A stretch of DNA of 64,000 bases, from positions 25,862,767-25,926,766 of the forward strand of contig CM119265.1 in assembly GCA_051294375.1 (NCBI GenBank), given 5' to 3'. Made by a program: the position numbers and the translations under genes. This DNA is from Paraspadella gotoi. Its lineage: Eukaryota; Animalia; Chaetognatha. Below are positions 43,114 to 55,647 of the stretch, piece by piece. The notes below the pieces were generated by a model. The model worked only from the letters and a program-made list of their open reading frames with translations, was not told the origin of the DNA and did no database searches. The stretch's first letter is position 1, and each line of letters begins with the position of its first letter.

Positions 43114-44637
43114 CTTTTCATTCATCATTTACTAAATATTCAGCGGAAAAGATTTATGTACGTCACACCGGAACGCTTCATATCGCGAGCGTGGTTATTT
43201 TTAAATTTTTTTGTATTGGCCTGCCATGAATGACTATTAAAAATTTAATTTGTAAACTTAAAAGATATTATTTTCATTGAAAATCAGTGTGCAACTAGCA
43301 ATCTTGACAAACAGACCATATCCTTAAATTTTTGTTGGCTGAGATTAGTAAAAAGAAGATCAATTAAAGTTTTTAAAAATGAGGTTGTTTTTACGCAACA
43401 GGTGAACAAGCACCACATTTAAAAAAAATATATTCTGCACTACTTACTTTATCTCAGTCTAAGCAGAGAAGTGCAAAAGGAAATTTTATCTCTTAACTCA
43501 AAACTAACTGTTGACGCTTTTTAAAGATAACTATTAAATTTTAAGAAAGAAGCTCATTATCGCTATCATTGATATTTTTATTATAATTCAGTGTCTTCCT
43601 TTGCTTTATTAGTGCATCCTATATATGTATTTATATTATCAAATATTCTAAGTCACTAAATTAATTAAATTAAAAGTCGATTTTTAACGGTTAACCGAAG
43701 TTGTAGAAAAATTAACGGTTAAGGAAACTAGTCCAACTTAATAGGTAAATAGAGACGGTCAGATGCCCAGTTCACAACAGCTAGCTTCACTTTTGAAAAT
43801 TGAAATAAATAAGAAAAATGGGATCGTCTAAAGTTTCATTCTCGTATCCAATATGGACGAAATCAACCATGGCAAATCCTTTTCTATAATTTCCTTAAGA
43901 TGTACAAAGTAGTAAAAAGAAACATAGCAATTGTTAAGGATTATACAGTAGTAACAAAAAAAATACTACTTTGAATAGATGCTATTCAAAGAATACATGC
44001 AAACTAAAATTTTGTAATATACAATTTGGAAATATGTACACACGTTTATAAGTTAACTGTCAAAGTGCAAAACTCGAATTTTTAAAGACCCCAGCGTTTC
44101 GAAATGGAAGACTTATGTTTAATTGCCCCATAATCGATAAATTTGTTTGATATTGTTTCATATAAAGTGCTTATCATGATCATAAGTTCAGCATTTAATG
44201 CCGAAACTAGATTATATTTAAAAAATCAACGTTGCGTATTAGTTAAATACTAATGATTAGCGGCAAAACTATGAAAAATATCAAGTGTAAAATTGAGATT
44301 TCTATAACACTAAAAGAAATAAAATCGCAAAAGAAATCTACATCTAGCGGTGGTTCTGGCGTCGGACGTCAAGCTTCGCGTTTTCGCAGAAGAAACTGGC
44401 GGTGAGAAAAAAAAAAGCCGTGTGGAAGAATACCGACAGGCGGCTTTCCTTCGCAAAATATAATATAGTTTTATATATTATATTTCTAACAAATTTAAAA
44501 GGTATAATTTAGTTTTATGTAATATATTCATATCTCTCTTATTTGTGGGAAATAAAATGCGAAATGTAGCGATTGTAAGAGTGAGGATTGAGACATACAT
44601 AAGCTTGCTCTCTTTCTTTCTTTCTCTCTCTCTCTCT

Positions 44638-47600
44638 TCAACAGAGATTCGAACTCGACGAGATGGCGTCCGCGTCGACAGTCTGCAGCGCATCCTTGGC
44701 CGGGTTGCCGTGTATCGCAGAGATGTGCCGCTTGAGTCCGTCTTTGCTGGCAAAGCTTTTTTCGCACGTGTCGCATCGATATCCGGCGGGTTCCCCGTTA
44801 CCGTGCATAAGGTTGCGATGCCTGGGAAAATATGGGGGAGGGAAATCGGTGAAAAATGTGCTCTGGAGAGAAGTAAATGATTTGAATAAAAAGGGACGCC
44901 ATTTTATCATGAAAACCCTGATCTATGCTTTTTTTAAAACTAAAATAATATACCATTCAGCCTATTTGTATATACTATTTAGGAAAAAAAGTATATTATG
45001 GCAACAGCCGGGTTGCCTGTGATGCCCATTGGGTTGGGGCATCTCACTGTTGGCTTTAGGGGCTTCCGACCCTCAGTGACGCCTCCAGTCACTGGCGCGG
45101 TTACCCTAGGACGGTCTCGCTTTGCCAACGCAGAGGGAAGTCATTTGGACTGTGGATGGAACACTACGCCTGGGATGGTGTGTTCCCCCTCTGAGCCAAT
45201 GGATTTGGCTGAAGGATGGTGGACGTGAGGCGGTGTGAATATACCGCCACAATATCACATTTTTAGTTGAGGATATCTACTCAAAAACTTATTTCATTTG
45301 AAAAAAATTAAAATATTTCCGAATCTATATTAAATTTTTCTTTCAGTAGCTTCCTTCTATTTTTTCGTAGGTTGAATCGTTTAGAAGTTACAGGCAAAAA
45401 AAGATCGCTACTTCAAATGAAAAATGGCAAAAAAATTAAATTTATAATTTTTAATAATTTTTGGTATTTAATTATTTATTTTTATTTTAAATAGAATTAG
45501 TTATTTTTGTATTTTTCTAAAATTTGGCAATGCTAAAGGCATTATACCTTTTTTAGTTAAAAAAAAATTCTATTATAGCTCTCAGATGTGAAGAAAAATT
45601 TTACTGTTATACCTCAATTCGCTGTACGAGAGCAAGCCCAGACAAATACAAGCAGTAATCAATGCCGAGAAGCCATACCAAATATTAAAAATGTTTTAGC
45701 CATGTTTTATATATTTTTTTTTAATAAATGAACTTTTCAAACAATTATGTGACATACTTTTTTCCTACATAGTAGAGCTACCCTATAAAATTCTCAGTCC
45801 TTTATATTTTTGGATTTTTATTTCGAATAAAATAAGCACTGATCTTCAGAGACTTCTGTCTCCCTCAAATGTGCACTTTTTTGGACATGCATCTCTGTTG
45901 GAGACAGATGTCTCAGAAGATCAGTGCTTATGACGATGAGCAAGATAACGCTTAATTACATTTTCACTCTAATTTTGGTCCTTTTTACTTCACTCTCCGC
46001 TATGTTTAATACTTTATCTTTCAACTATATCTTCCATATGATATAAGGAGACATCAGGAACTATCTCCTTTCTCAATGAGTGTCAACCGCCCATATTCCT
46101 GGATTCTTGGATGGATGAGTTTGAACGACATCGTAAGGAGGCGCTTACTCGGCCCAAACACTATTTTGTTCCTAACCTGGTGAAATTGGCGACGCTGGGA
46201 AAGTCCTTTCCGCATGCGTCACACCGGTAGAGAATCTTGGTGTCTCTGTGAACATTGATCTTGTGACGCTTGAGATTGTAGGCGTTGGTGAAGGGCTTTC
46301 GGCAAAGGTCGCAGACGTGACGCGAAGGCGGCGGCACGGGCTGCGGAACGGCGATGGGGATGGCTTGAACTTGATGAAGCTGCCCCTGCGGCATGACGAG
46401 GATCTGCTGCGGTTGTTGAAATTGCTGCAAGTGGGAGTGCGGTTGTTGCTGTTGCGGTTGCTGCTGTTGATGGACGACGGTCGTTTGGAGTTCCTGAGGA
46501 TCGGCCTTGACGACGGAGGTGACGACCGCGGGCGTAGCGGCTTCGGCAACGGAGACGGGCGCAGATACGGCCGAGGACGACGCCGGAGACGGATCGGCGG
46601 AGGCCGGGTTCGCCGCGATCGCCAGCAACGCAGGATGTTGCTTCTTGACCACTTTGTGCGAGGGGTGCACGACGACCTGGGTGCCAGGAAATCCCGGACC
46701 CGATTTGTGCTCGTCCTTGCGATGGCGAGTGAGGTTGGACTGGTAATGGAAGGTCTTGGAGCAAATCTCGCACTGAAACTGGCCGCCGGGTCCGCTGTGA
46801 ATGCCGATCCGATGCCGCTTCAGGTTGAAGCGATTCTGAAAGTTTTTTCGACAAATTTCGCAGTGATAAGTGAGTTTGTTTTCGCTGTGAAAGTCCTCCG
46901 TGTGACGTTTGAGATTGTGTGAGCTGAGGAACGGCTTGGCGCAGAGGGGACACATGTGTGAAGCTGGGAACGATGAATTTTAAAAATTAAAATAAAAGAT
47001 TATTTCATTCCATTATAAAGCACCTTCATAACGCTCCCACCTTTTTCCGCCACAATCTTGGAGTTTTCCCCGTGATAATCGTTTGTGTGCCGCTTGAGGT
47101 TGTAGCCGCTCTTGAAGCCCTTGTTGCAGACCTCGCAGACGTACTTGGGCCGCACGGTTGGGTCACGTATGACCACGGTGGAACTGACAGCAACCATGGG
47201 GGAGGTGAGGGGCTTTTGGTCGACGATTTGCAAGTTTTGAGTCGTCACCGCCGCCGCCGCCGTCGTCGAGGACGCGACGTTGGACTGAGGAAGAACGTGG
47301 ACTTGATCCGCGCGGGAGGTGGAGTCGTCGTCGCGGGATCGGACGTCGGAAGCCACGGTGCGTGGGGCTGAAAAGAGGGGTGGGGGACGGGTGAGTAGGT
47401 GGGTGGCGAAGTGAAGCAAAGTAACAAGCATCTAACTTATTCTTTTGTCATCGAATAGGCGTTGCTAAATGGAAGAAACTAAACTCAACTTCATTAACCG
47501 AATTGTGGCAACATTTCTGACTCACCATGCGTCGCCTCGGGCTGCTGCTGCTGCTGCTGCTGTGGGTGTTGTTGTACATTCTGGTTGACGTACGCTCGGT

Positions 47601-48443
47601 AATGACCGTCGCTCTGATGATAAGAAGTCACGGCGGTTGTGTGGGGACGGTGATGCTGCGAGAAAAAAAATTGCAACGGAGTTTTGAAGAGATTAACGAA
47701 GAAAATAAAGAATTCGTGGTAGTCTGACTTAAAGCTGCCTCACCGCTGTCAATCTTAGCCTCATCTCAATGACTGAGAGGGCTAAATCATCTTGTCTTTG
47801 CCGAGCGTCGTGGGTTAAAATCATGTGTATCCCGGTGATGGTTTAAAGGTGACGGGACGGGCTAAAACATGCCAGTGACAGGTGGATGTCGGATACCCCT
47901 CACCCCACATTGAAGCCATAGTAAGGTGGACAGCATAAAATTTCATACAGCCTCGCAACCCAGCTGTAGCGACTACACATTAAAGCCATAGTAAGGTGGA
48001 CAGCATAAAATTTCATACAGCCTCGCTACCCAGCTGTAACGACTGCACCCCGTGAATCGCCCTCAAAAGCAATCCCACCGATGTTAAATTTAAACTATAA
48101 TGGTTTATTGACTCACTTGTCCCTGAGCCTGCGCGTAATGCGTGTCCGGAAGCGATAAGTTTGGCGCGCCGTGAGCGGTGGTCGTCGCCGCGGTAGAAAC
48201 GGTTTTGCCTCTCGCGTTGTTCGAGTGATGAACTGCGTGGGCGTGGCCCGCGATGACCATGTGAGGATGGGTGTGGCCGTTGGGGTTGGCGCCGTGATGG
48301 CCGGCGGCGATGGCGTGGTGGCCGGCGGGAATGAGCTCCCCACTCGGCGTCGTCTGTACGAGGCCCATGGGCATTTTGAGATATTCGAGCCCGCCGGGCG
48401 CCGTCATGAACGACGACGGAAACGGATTCCGACGAATGTCCAT
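44638..48443 (-). CDS. C2H2 zinc-finger protein (7 fingers, His/Gln-rich low-complexity linkers), ~584 aa, 5 exons
   Basis: Exons 48443-48117, 47655-47526, 47367-47041, 46963-46177, 44821-44638; GT-AG with consistent phases. Fingers begin YVCEVC, HMCPLC, YHCEIC, FQCEIC, HVCDLC, YRCDAC and YRCDTC. Confidence 0.85.
44973..45774 (+). mobile_element. Non-autonomous Tc1-type element with transposase C-terminal remnant
   Basis: TIR tactatttaggaaaaaaagtat / atacttttttcctacatagta. Bases ~45610-45690 encode YLNSLYESKPRQIQAVINAE..HTKY*, like the Tc1 C-terminus LYESMPRRIQAVIxAKGGHTKY. Confidence 0.8.
44997..45251 (-). mobile_element. 255-bp solo-LTR-like element with tRNA-like A/B boxes, TSD ATAT, inserted in the Tc1 left TIR
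   Basis: atat|TATGGC...GCCACA|atat; removing it restores the TIR aagtatatcaca. Minus strand has an A box tggctcagagg and a B-like box gtgttccatcc, and its 5' part is homologous to 57592-57875. Confidence 0.78.
45833..45930. repeat. 98-bp near-perfect hairpin (mini-MITE or pre-miRNA-like)
   Basis: taagcactgatcttcagagacttctgtctcc ... ggagacagatgtctcagaagatcagtgctta: 31-bp arms with 2 mismatches and TA at both ends. Confidence 0.85.
47718..48047 (+). mobile_element. Diverged member of the tRNA-promoter TG...CA family with a 70-bp tandem duplication of its 3' end
   Basis: Ends (g)gtagtc ... gactaca/gactgca; A-like tgactgagagg and B-like gggttaaaatc. Repeat units 47908-47977 and 47978-48047. TSD is not clean. 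Confidence 0.6.
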
Positions 48444-49470
48444 TTTTTTTTCTATTGGGAAGACGACCGCTTGATTTTCTTATTTTTTAAAGTTCCGAAT
48501 CCAGGGGAAAGATGAAAAAATGAGCCCCTTCATAGGTTTATATCTAAAATGGTAAGATTCGTTGTTTTTTTTTTTTAGAAATACGTTGAAGCGATAATGT
48601 CATTTACATTTCACAATGTTTCACAATTCGCATTTTTTCAATGAACAAAACATTGAATTTAATTTTTAAAAATTTACGAGAATTTATTCCAAATAAATTA
48701 AATAGATTAAATTTATTATTTCATCGATGAAAACCTTTTAAAAAGAACGTTCCTAATAGTATTACGATAGTTTTGTATAATTTTATTCCAAAAATAACGA
48801 TTTAACAAAAAATAATAATAATCACAAGGCATCGCGACAATCGTTCATTCATGCAAGCATTTATAACTGTAATTAAAATTGAAGTGATATTTGCACGAGG
48901 GGTGGGAAAACATTTAAATTGCAAATTGCTCTGAAACCCAAACCAAAACATAAAAAACATAAGCTTCTACACTCTACAGTAAACGATGAGGAATGGAAGG
49001 GTTGACTAAATTTCCAGAAGCGACATACAAACGATAATTCATAGTACATTCCTCGAAATCGTTGGTGCATAGCATAGGTATATTTCTTCAACAGGGTGAA
49101 CGAGTGCATAACGGACGGGGAGGTAGTTAAGGAAAAAGTTACCATTAGCGGGAAAAGGTTAATCGAGTATTCAGAGCAGAGAGCTCTTTAAAAGGTCAAC
49201 GAATTTCTTCACATCCGATTTAAAAATAAAACCATCAAACGACACAAAACGCACGCGAAACACAGAATCGTCCATCGGTCTTTACAACCACAACAACAAA
49301 CCTGGAGTAGAGAAGTCTAGTTCGAGAAAGAAAGCTCTCCCAATACAGTGATACACGCGCTAGTAGATAGACTAGACGAAAATAATAACTTTAAAGCAAA
49401 ATAATTTTCAATCCCCCCCTCAAAAAAAACCCCGATATATAGAAATAAAAATAAAAGCCATCGGACAGCG

Positions 49471-51543
49471 TTACCGACTGATGCTGTGCGACCTCTGAGT
49501 CGAGCGCTGACTCCGGCACCTGACGCCGGCGGGCAGCCTGTCGAAAAACGGGTGGTCCAACGCCTGCTCGAGCTTGATTCGCTTGGCGGGGTCGTACTCC
49601 AACATTTTCGAGAGGAGGTCGTACAAAAGTCCGTAATCAGAATCGTCTTTGTCGCCGGCGCCGCCAATCCCGGCGCCGACTCCGGACGCGGAGGCACCGC
49701 CGCCGCCGCCGCCGAGAAAGTACCGCTTCAATGGCTGACAAGTGTCTCGCACGTACCGGCCGGCGGAGGTCCGCTCGTCCCAGTCGAGCCGCCCATGATA
49801 AAAGTACTTACTCTTCCGACTCTTCTTGATCATCTTGTAGGGCAACGGGCCGAGAATGGCCTCCATCATGGCCAGGTGCTCCCGGTTGTCGTGCGTCTGG
49901 AAAAGAGTCATCCCCTGGTAGAGCTCGTAGACGATGCAGCCGACAGACCAGACGTCGCAGGGCTGAGTCCACCCCAGTTCGAGGATGACCTCGGGGGCGC
50001 GGTAGTGCCGTGTCGAGACGACCGTCGAGTGGTGCTCGTCGTCGAAGGTGGCCGAGCCAAAGTCGATCAGGCGGATGCGACAATCCGTCACCTTTTGGAA
50101 TAACGTTCATTAATTAATCTTATACGTATATATCGAAGTTGACTTCAAAACATTAAGTAAAAGTTATAAATTATTCTGTTGTAAATTTTCCTTTCCAATC
50201 TCGTATTTTAGTATTTTATGCGCCTCAGCTTCCCTGCCACAACCCAACAAAACGCCGTCCTCTTTCACCTGCTTAACCGCCTTTCCTCTCTCGTTGTACA
50301 TCGTCTCGTGATCGGAATTGACGAAGAGAATGTTCTCCGGTTTGAGATCCGTGTGCGTCAACTTGGCATCGTGCAAAAACTTGACGGCGTGCACCAGCTG
50401 ATAGGCCATGTGACGCACCTGCTCCATGGGATAAGGGTGGTAATTGTTGTCTTTCATGAAGTCGAAGACGGAGGCGCCGAGGAGATCGAAAACGAGGCAG
50501 ATGTGACCGCAGTAGTCGAACCAGTGGTGCATTCGTACGCAAAGGAATCTTCCTTCCGGATCGGCGGCGTTGATCTTTTCCAAGACGTTAATCTCCAGCT
50601 TGGCGGCGTCGCGATATTTCTCCACGCTCTTTATGATCTTGAGAGCGAGTCGCTGCCCGGCCGAGTTCGAATGGTCGATCACCTCGGCCACTTTGCCGAA
50701 GGTGCCTTCGCCAAGTTGGCGGACGACTTCGTATCGCTGATAGATGAGGTCGCCGGGTCGGTAGATCAGGTGACCCTCGGCGTCGTCCTCCGTGGGCGCC
50801 GGTTTATGACGCCAATCGCGAGAGACGTCGCGCCGGCGCTTTTTTTCCGCGGGTGCCACGTCGGCGTAGAGGCGAGGAGATCGGCGGCGGGTAGAAGAGG
50901 CGGCGAGGTTGGAGGCGCGCCGATGACTGCGCAAGAGGCGATCATTGACGCCGGGGTGGGCGCGGTCGGAACGCCTAGAGGAGCGCGGGTTCGATTCGCG
51001 CTTCGATTGCCGCGTGGAGAGGCGCTGCGTCTGCCTCTGGCTGCCGGACGCGTAGCGAGCGGAACGCGATTTCTCGGCGTCGTAAAATGAAGAGTCGGAC
51101 TGGCGAACGTAACGCAACGAGTCCGTTTGACGCACGTAACTCCGCGTAGCGTAAACACGGCCACGCGACTCCCGTCGTGAGGAGCGGTGACCGGGGGAAT
51201 GGCGAGAATGTCGTGAGTGGCGAGAGGAGGCGTCGCGATAGGACGTACGACGCCGAGAAGAAGACGAAGGATGGAAGGAGTGCCGCACCGTCGATGGCGC
51301 CTTAAAATCGGGAAGAAGCGCCGATCCCGAGCCTAAATCATAGCCGTTTGCGTAGGCGCCGAAGTCGTCAACATAAGGACTGGGTTGTAGGCCGGCGTCG
51401 TAGCGATGGGCGTTGAACGCCTCCGGTCGGAATGAACTCATTCCCGCCTCGGCGCCGACATAATCGTACCGTCGCCGTTTCTGAGATGGCGGCGCCTCGT
51501 CGAGCGGAGGAGGCGAGAAATCGCGACCTCGTGTGCGCGGCAT
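49471..51543 (-). CDS. CLK: CLK/Doa (LAMMER) dual-specificity SR-protein kinase, ~631 aa, 2 coding exons
   Basis: Exons 51543-50269 and 50091-49471. RS-rich N-terminus, then [60 protein letters not shown] and [11 protein letters not shown]. Confidence 0.96.
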
Positions 51544-52739
51544 GGCGGATAAAGGAGTGAAAGAAATCGGCGGGGATGAGGAATGAGACGGTCAACGGTT
51601 TCAACCTGCCAATCGGCTTGGCGGCTCGATAAGTCGATGACCCGGATTTAAAACGAGAGAGAAAGGAAAGAAGATTCGCCGGGAAAAGAGAGAGAGAGAC
51701 GAAACTCTAGATATTTCTTATTTCCATTCCAACACGGATCCATGAGAAAAAGCTTTTTAAGAATAGGATTAATTGATTGATGCGTATCAAAAGGGATGAT
51801 GTGTCGCGAGATTCGTAAATGAACGAAGATATTCATGCGATTATGTGTGCTTCTGATAAAAGCATGGATAGATTGCTAAAAAAAGAAGTAAGTAAGCTAT
51901 TTTTCTTAAATAGAAAAAGTGGGGTAAAAAAAATGTACAAAAAAAAAAAAAAGCGTCGAGGTTAGTCAAGAATCCGCGGTTCATTTTTTCCTCTGATTCC
52001 GCGACCCAAAACCGATTGGATGACGACCGCCGTCCAACTCCCGATTTCCCGCGGCCAATTTTTCGCGTCGCCGCGCCCAATCTCGATTCATTCTCCCAAT
52101 CTTTATTTAATTCCGTTTTAGACGCATTAATTTAGTTCTCATACGACCTTTGTTATAAAAAAAGAATCTTTTTATAGCTAGGGGTTATTTGAACTTCCCC
52201 CCCCCAAAAAAAAAAGATAAAATATTGTCATTTTTCCATACCCGTTCGATTCCGATGAATATAAAGATTGAAAGTTGGACGAGTAAACCTAAAATCGTAA
52301 ATTCCATCAAACCATACCAGTAATGTCGGATATTTTGGTGACCTGCAGATAAAAAAAAGTATTTCGTGAGCCCTGATATGTTATTCGAATTTCATTTCAA
52401 CGATAAACTCGCCTGATAAGAACCATCGCCGAGATTCTCGGAGATAAATTTATTTAAGTGAATTACGTGACGTTCACATTAAAACCAACTCGTGTATAAT
52501 ATGAACTATGCCTATGAGAAAGAAAAAAAAACAATTCGGAAATGAATAATGAGAAACGGAACATTATCAGTCGATTTGATTACAAAGAGAGAGCCAATGG
52601 AATGAATTCGAAAAACACATTTGCGGACGAAACTTCCTTCTTCTCCGCAAAAATCGTCGTTCGAACTTTCTCTTTCTTTTTTCTTTGTTTTTTTTTTACG
52701 TGTTAATTTTCAGAAATGAAAAAAAGATGAAGATTTTCT

Positions 52740-53168
52740 TCACTTGGCGCTCGCCAAAGGATTCCTCAGCACGAGGATGACGGAATCGCCCCTCAAGAAC
52801 ATCTTGGAGATGTAGCGATCCTTGTTGACGGGTTTCGACTTCTTCTTGCCCTTCCCCGTCTTTGGAACCTCCGTCCAGAGCTCCTTTACGTTCTCCAAGA
52901 CCATGTTGCAGTGTCGGTCGAAGGCCTTCACGCGCGCCAACAGTTTCTTGTTGTTGCGGCAGTTGATCAAAACCTGTGTGAGAGAGAGAGCTATATCAAA
53001 ACATCAAGACAGACAAGTTCAATGACTCACGAATTCGGAGAGTCTCACCTGCGTGTTGTTTTTGACGCTCTGGGTGAGGACGGAGAGCGGGCCAGTGTTA
53101 AATTCTTGTTCCTCCTGCTTGGCCAACTCCTCGGGCGTCATTTCCGCGCGGGGCTTTGTCGTCGTCAT
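52740..53168 (-). CDS. SNRPD2: Small nuclear ribonucleoprotein Sm D2, 117 aa, 2 exons
   Basis: Exons 53168-53049 and 52973-52740. Protein [82 protein letters not shown]. Confidence 0.98.
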
Positions 53169-53430
53169 CTTAGTCGATCGAGTTGAGACAAAAGAAAAGA
53201 CAAGGCGGAGATCCGTTTATATTTTGGAAAAACTACAAACAAAAACAGAAGTAGCATTAACGATATGGTTAAGTAAAACGTTCGAAACGTTTTATCAAGC
53301 ATCAGTGTCATTTTTAGCATAGAAAATATGGTCATTGGTCAATAGCCTTTAGTTTGAGGGCAATTTTCGGCAGATAAAAAATGTTTAAATAGTAAAGCTC
53401 CCCGATCGGACTCTCCATAAATCTAATCCG

Positions 53431-55343
53431 TTAATTAACAGGCGGCGCCGAGGGTCTTGAGTGACAAACCAAAGGCCGTTCGTGCTGCACCCAATCAGCA
53501 TCTTCCAAGTCCCACGTCCACCAATCGAACTCGATCCTTTCGAGACCGGGATGTCGCCGGGCAAAATGGCGGCGCAATTCGGCGTCGGTGGCGAACTCGG
53601 CGTCGCAGGCTGAACAATCGAAGGAATCCGTCTCGGCTTCTTCCTCAGCTACCTTGCGGGCGGCGGCGGCGGCGCGGGCGTCGTGAACCGAGTCCGCGTG
53701 ACGTTTGAGGTCCTCGTAAGAAGGGAACTCTTTGACGCAAAAGGGACAGCGTTGAGGAGACTCAACGTGGATTTTGACTTTGGAAATCTCCAGTTTGACC
53801 GGCTCATCGCGTCGAACGTTCGGTTCCTCTTTCTTGACGGGAAATTCGAAGTCTCGCGGACTCGTGGGCGTCTGTTCCAACTTGGGAAAGGGATGGCGAT
53901 CGCCACGAACGCCGCCGCGGCGATGGGAAACGCCGTGGACGAAGAATAAATGAATGATTAGCGAATATCCTCGACGGAATCCGACTCCGCAAACGCGACA
54001 TTTCCGCCTCCGTTTTTCGTGAATCTCTCGACGATGTTCCTTGAGGATTCGATTGTTCCAAAACCTGCGAGGACACAATTTGCAGGAGAAGAGTTTATCG
54101 GCGCCGTGAGATTTCTTCCGATGATGACGAAGGCCGGAGGAGCTCACGAAGATTTTCCCGCACCGTGGACAAGGACGAGTGGGACACGCTCGGACCAAAC
54201 TAGCGGAGGATTTATGTAAAGGCGGTCGCGGGCTCGCCGACGAAAGGTCTTGTCGCTTCAATTCGCCGCCGCCGCCGGCAGCGTCGACGACGACGAGCTC
54301 GTAATCGAAATGCGTGACGCGATCTCGGAGCAAGGAGCAGCTCTGCAGGACGACCTTGTCCATCGCGAGAGCGACGGTGCCGCAACAGGAATTTAACCAC
54401 CGCCGCTTCTTGCAGGCGCTTTTGATTGCGGCGGCTTTGGCGGCGACAACGACGTCGAAGAAGAGAGTCGTGCGGCGCTGGAAGGAGACGGAAGGCGGAT
54501 GGTCGGACCGAAACGACTCGTTGGGATTCGTCTCCTTACCACGAGAGAAGAAAGATAAACCCAAACGTTCTTCATCTTCGGCCGCGGAGGTGGACAAGTC
54601 CGATTCACGAGAAAGGCCGACGGGCCGTTCCAGCTGTCGCCGCATCTCCGCTTCGAACGAGGCCATCAGCATTTGGTCTAACTCCTCGTCTTCGTTGTTC
54701 GTCTGGGAGAAAAAGAGACGGTGAAAGCTTGTGGATTAAATTGCAAAGTAAATCGGAACACCAAGCACCAACACAATGACAATCACTTTTTTAATTTTTT
54801 AGGATTTTAGGTACTATTTTCATGTAAACTAAACTAATAAACATCGAGAGCATAATTTCAAAATAGCCTTACCTCTTCTTTGACAACTATATCGCCCTCC
54901 GCTCCAGTGGATTCGTCGACGGACAATCTCATCTGCGGGTGGCGGCTTCGAATGTGTTCGACAAGGGGAGCGCGTTCGCCGGCGAGTCCCACTTGGCGAC
55001 CGCACAACTTGCAGACGTTCCTTTTGGAATTGTCCGGGGGCTGAGTTTCGGGGAAGGGGATATTAGACAAGTAAAACTGTTTAAAAGTAATAACTTAATA
55101 ATCTTATACCGGTCTCTTAATAACGTCGAAAAAGGCTTTGAGTTCTTCCCCATGGATCGAAGACGGCGGCTGGTGACTCACTTCCTCGTGCTCGCGGACG
55201 AGGTGTTCGGAGAGGTTCCTACGGAGGCGGTGGTGCCGCACCTTCTTGCCGCAAAGGAGGCAAGTGAGAACAAGGTGTCCGCCCAGAGACTGAGCCTCGG
55301 CGTCGAGGGTGAACCGGCTCCAGATTCGAGCCTCGATGTCCAT
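53431..55343 (-). CDS. Zinc-finger protein with two BED-type fingers plus five C2H2 fingers, ~557 aa
   Basis: Exons 55343-55110, 55040-54873, 54702-53431 (phase 0). BED-like IWSRF..CLLC..NLSEHLVREH and FFDV..CKLC..LVEHIRSRH; C2H2 fingers CPRC, CKLC, CRVC, CPFC, CSAC. Structure within exon 3 is uncertain. Confidence 0.75.
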
Positions 55344-55647
55344 AATATTTTTTTATAAATAAAGTTTTATTTTAAATGTATATTTATTAATTAATAGACT
55401 TTCGTTCAGGCAAAAAAGGAGGAAAATTTTTATTCTTATTTCAGACCAACATGGTCAACGCGGAATCAAAAATAGTAGCAACTATAACTAAACTATAATG
55501 TACTACAATTCTACAATGTAACTGACAAAACAATCGTTATGGGGAAACGACAATTCCTTGAAAACTTGAAAGGGGGGACGATTAACTTCGAAAATAAGTC
55601 TTAAATTCCAGCTCCACGTAATTAATCCAAGATTCAAGTTAATTAAT

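Noticed and set aside
45076-45115. HDV-like ribozyme resemblance (gcc tccagtcact ggc gcggtt)
   Set aside because: No P1 partner or P1.1 GG could be placed; the segment folds more simply as the cagtgac/gtcactg hairpin.
47908-48047. Two 70-bp direct repeats (CRISPR-like at first glance)
   Set aside because: The units are adjacent with no spacer, the context is a eukaryotic intron, and there are no cas genes; this is a simple tandem duplication.
49486-51090. Long plus-strand ORFs (205 and 290 aa) and similar antisense ORFs over the zinc-finger and CFAP157 exons
   Set aside because: They are shadow frames of GC-rich coding exons on the opposite strand.
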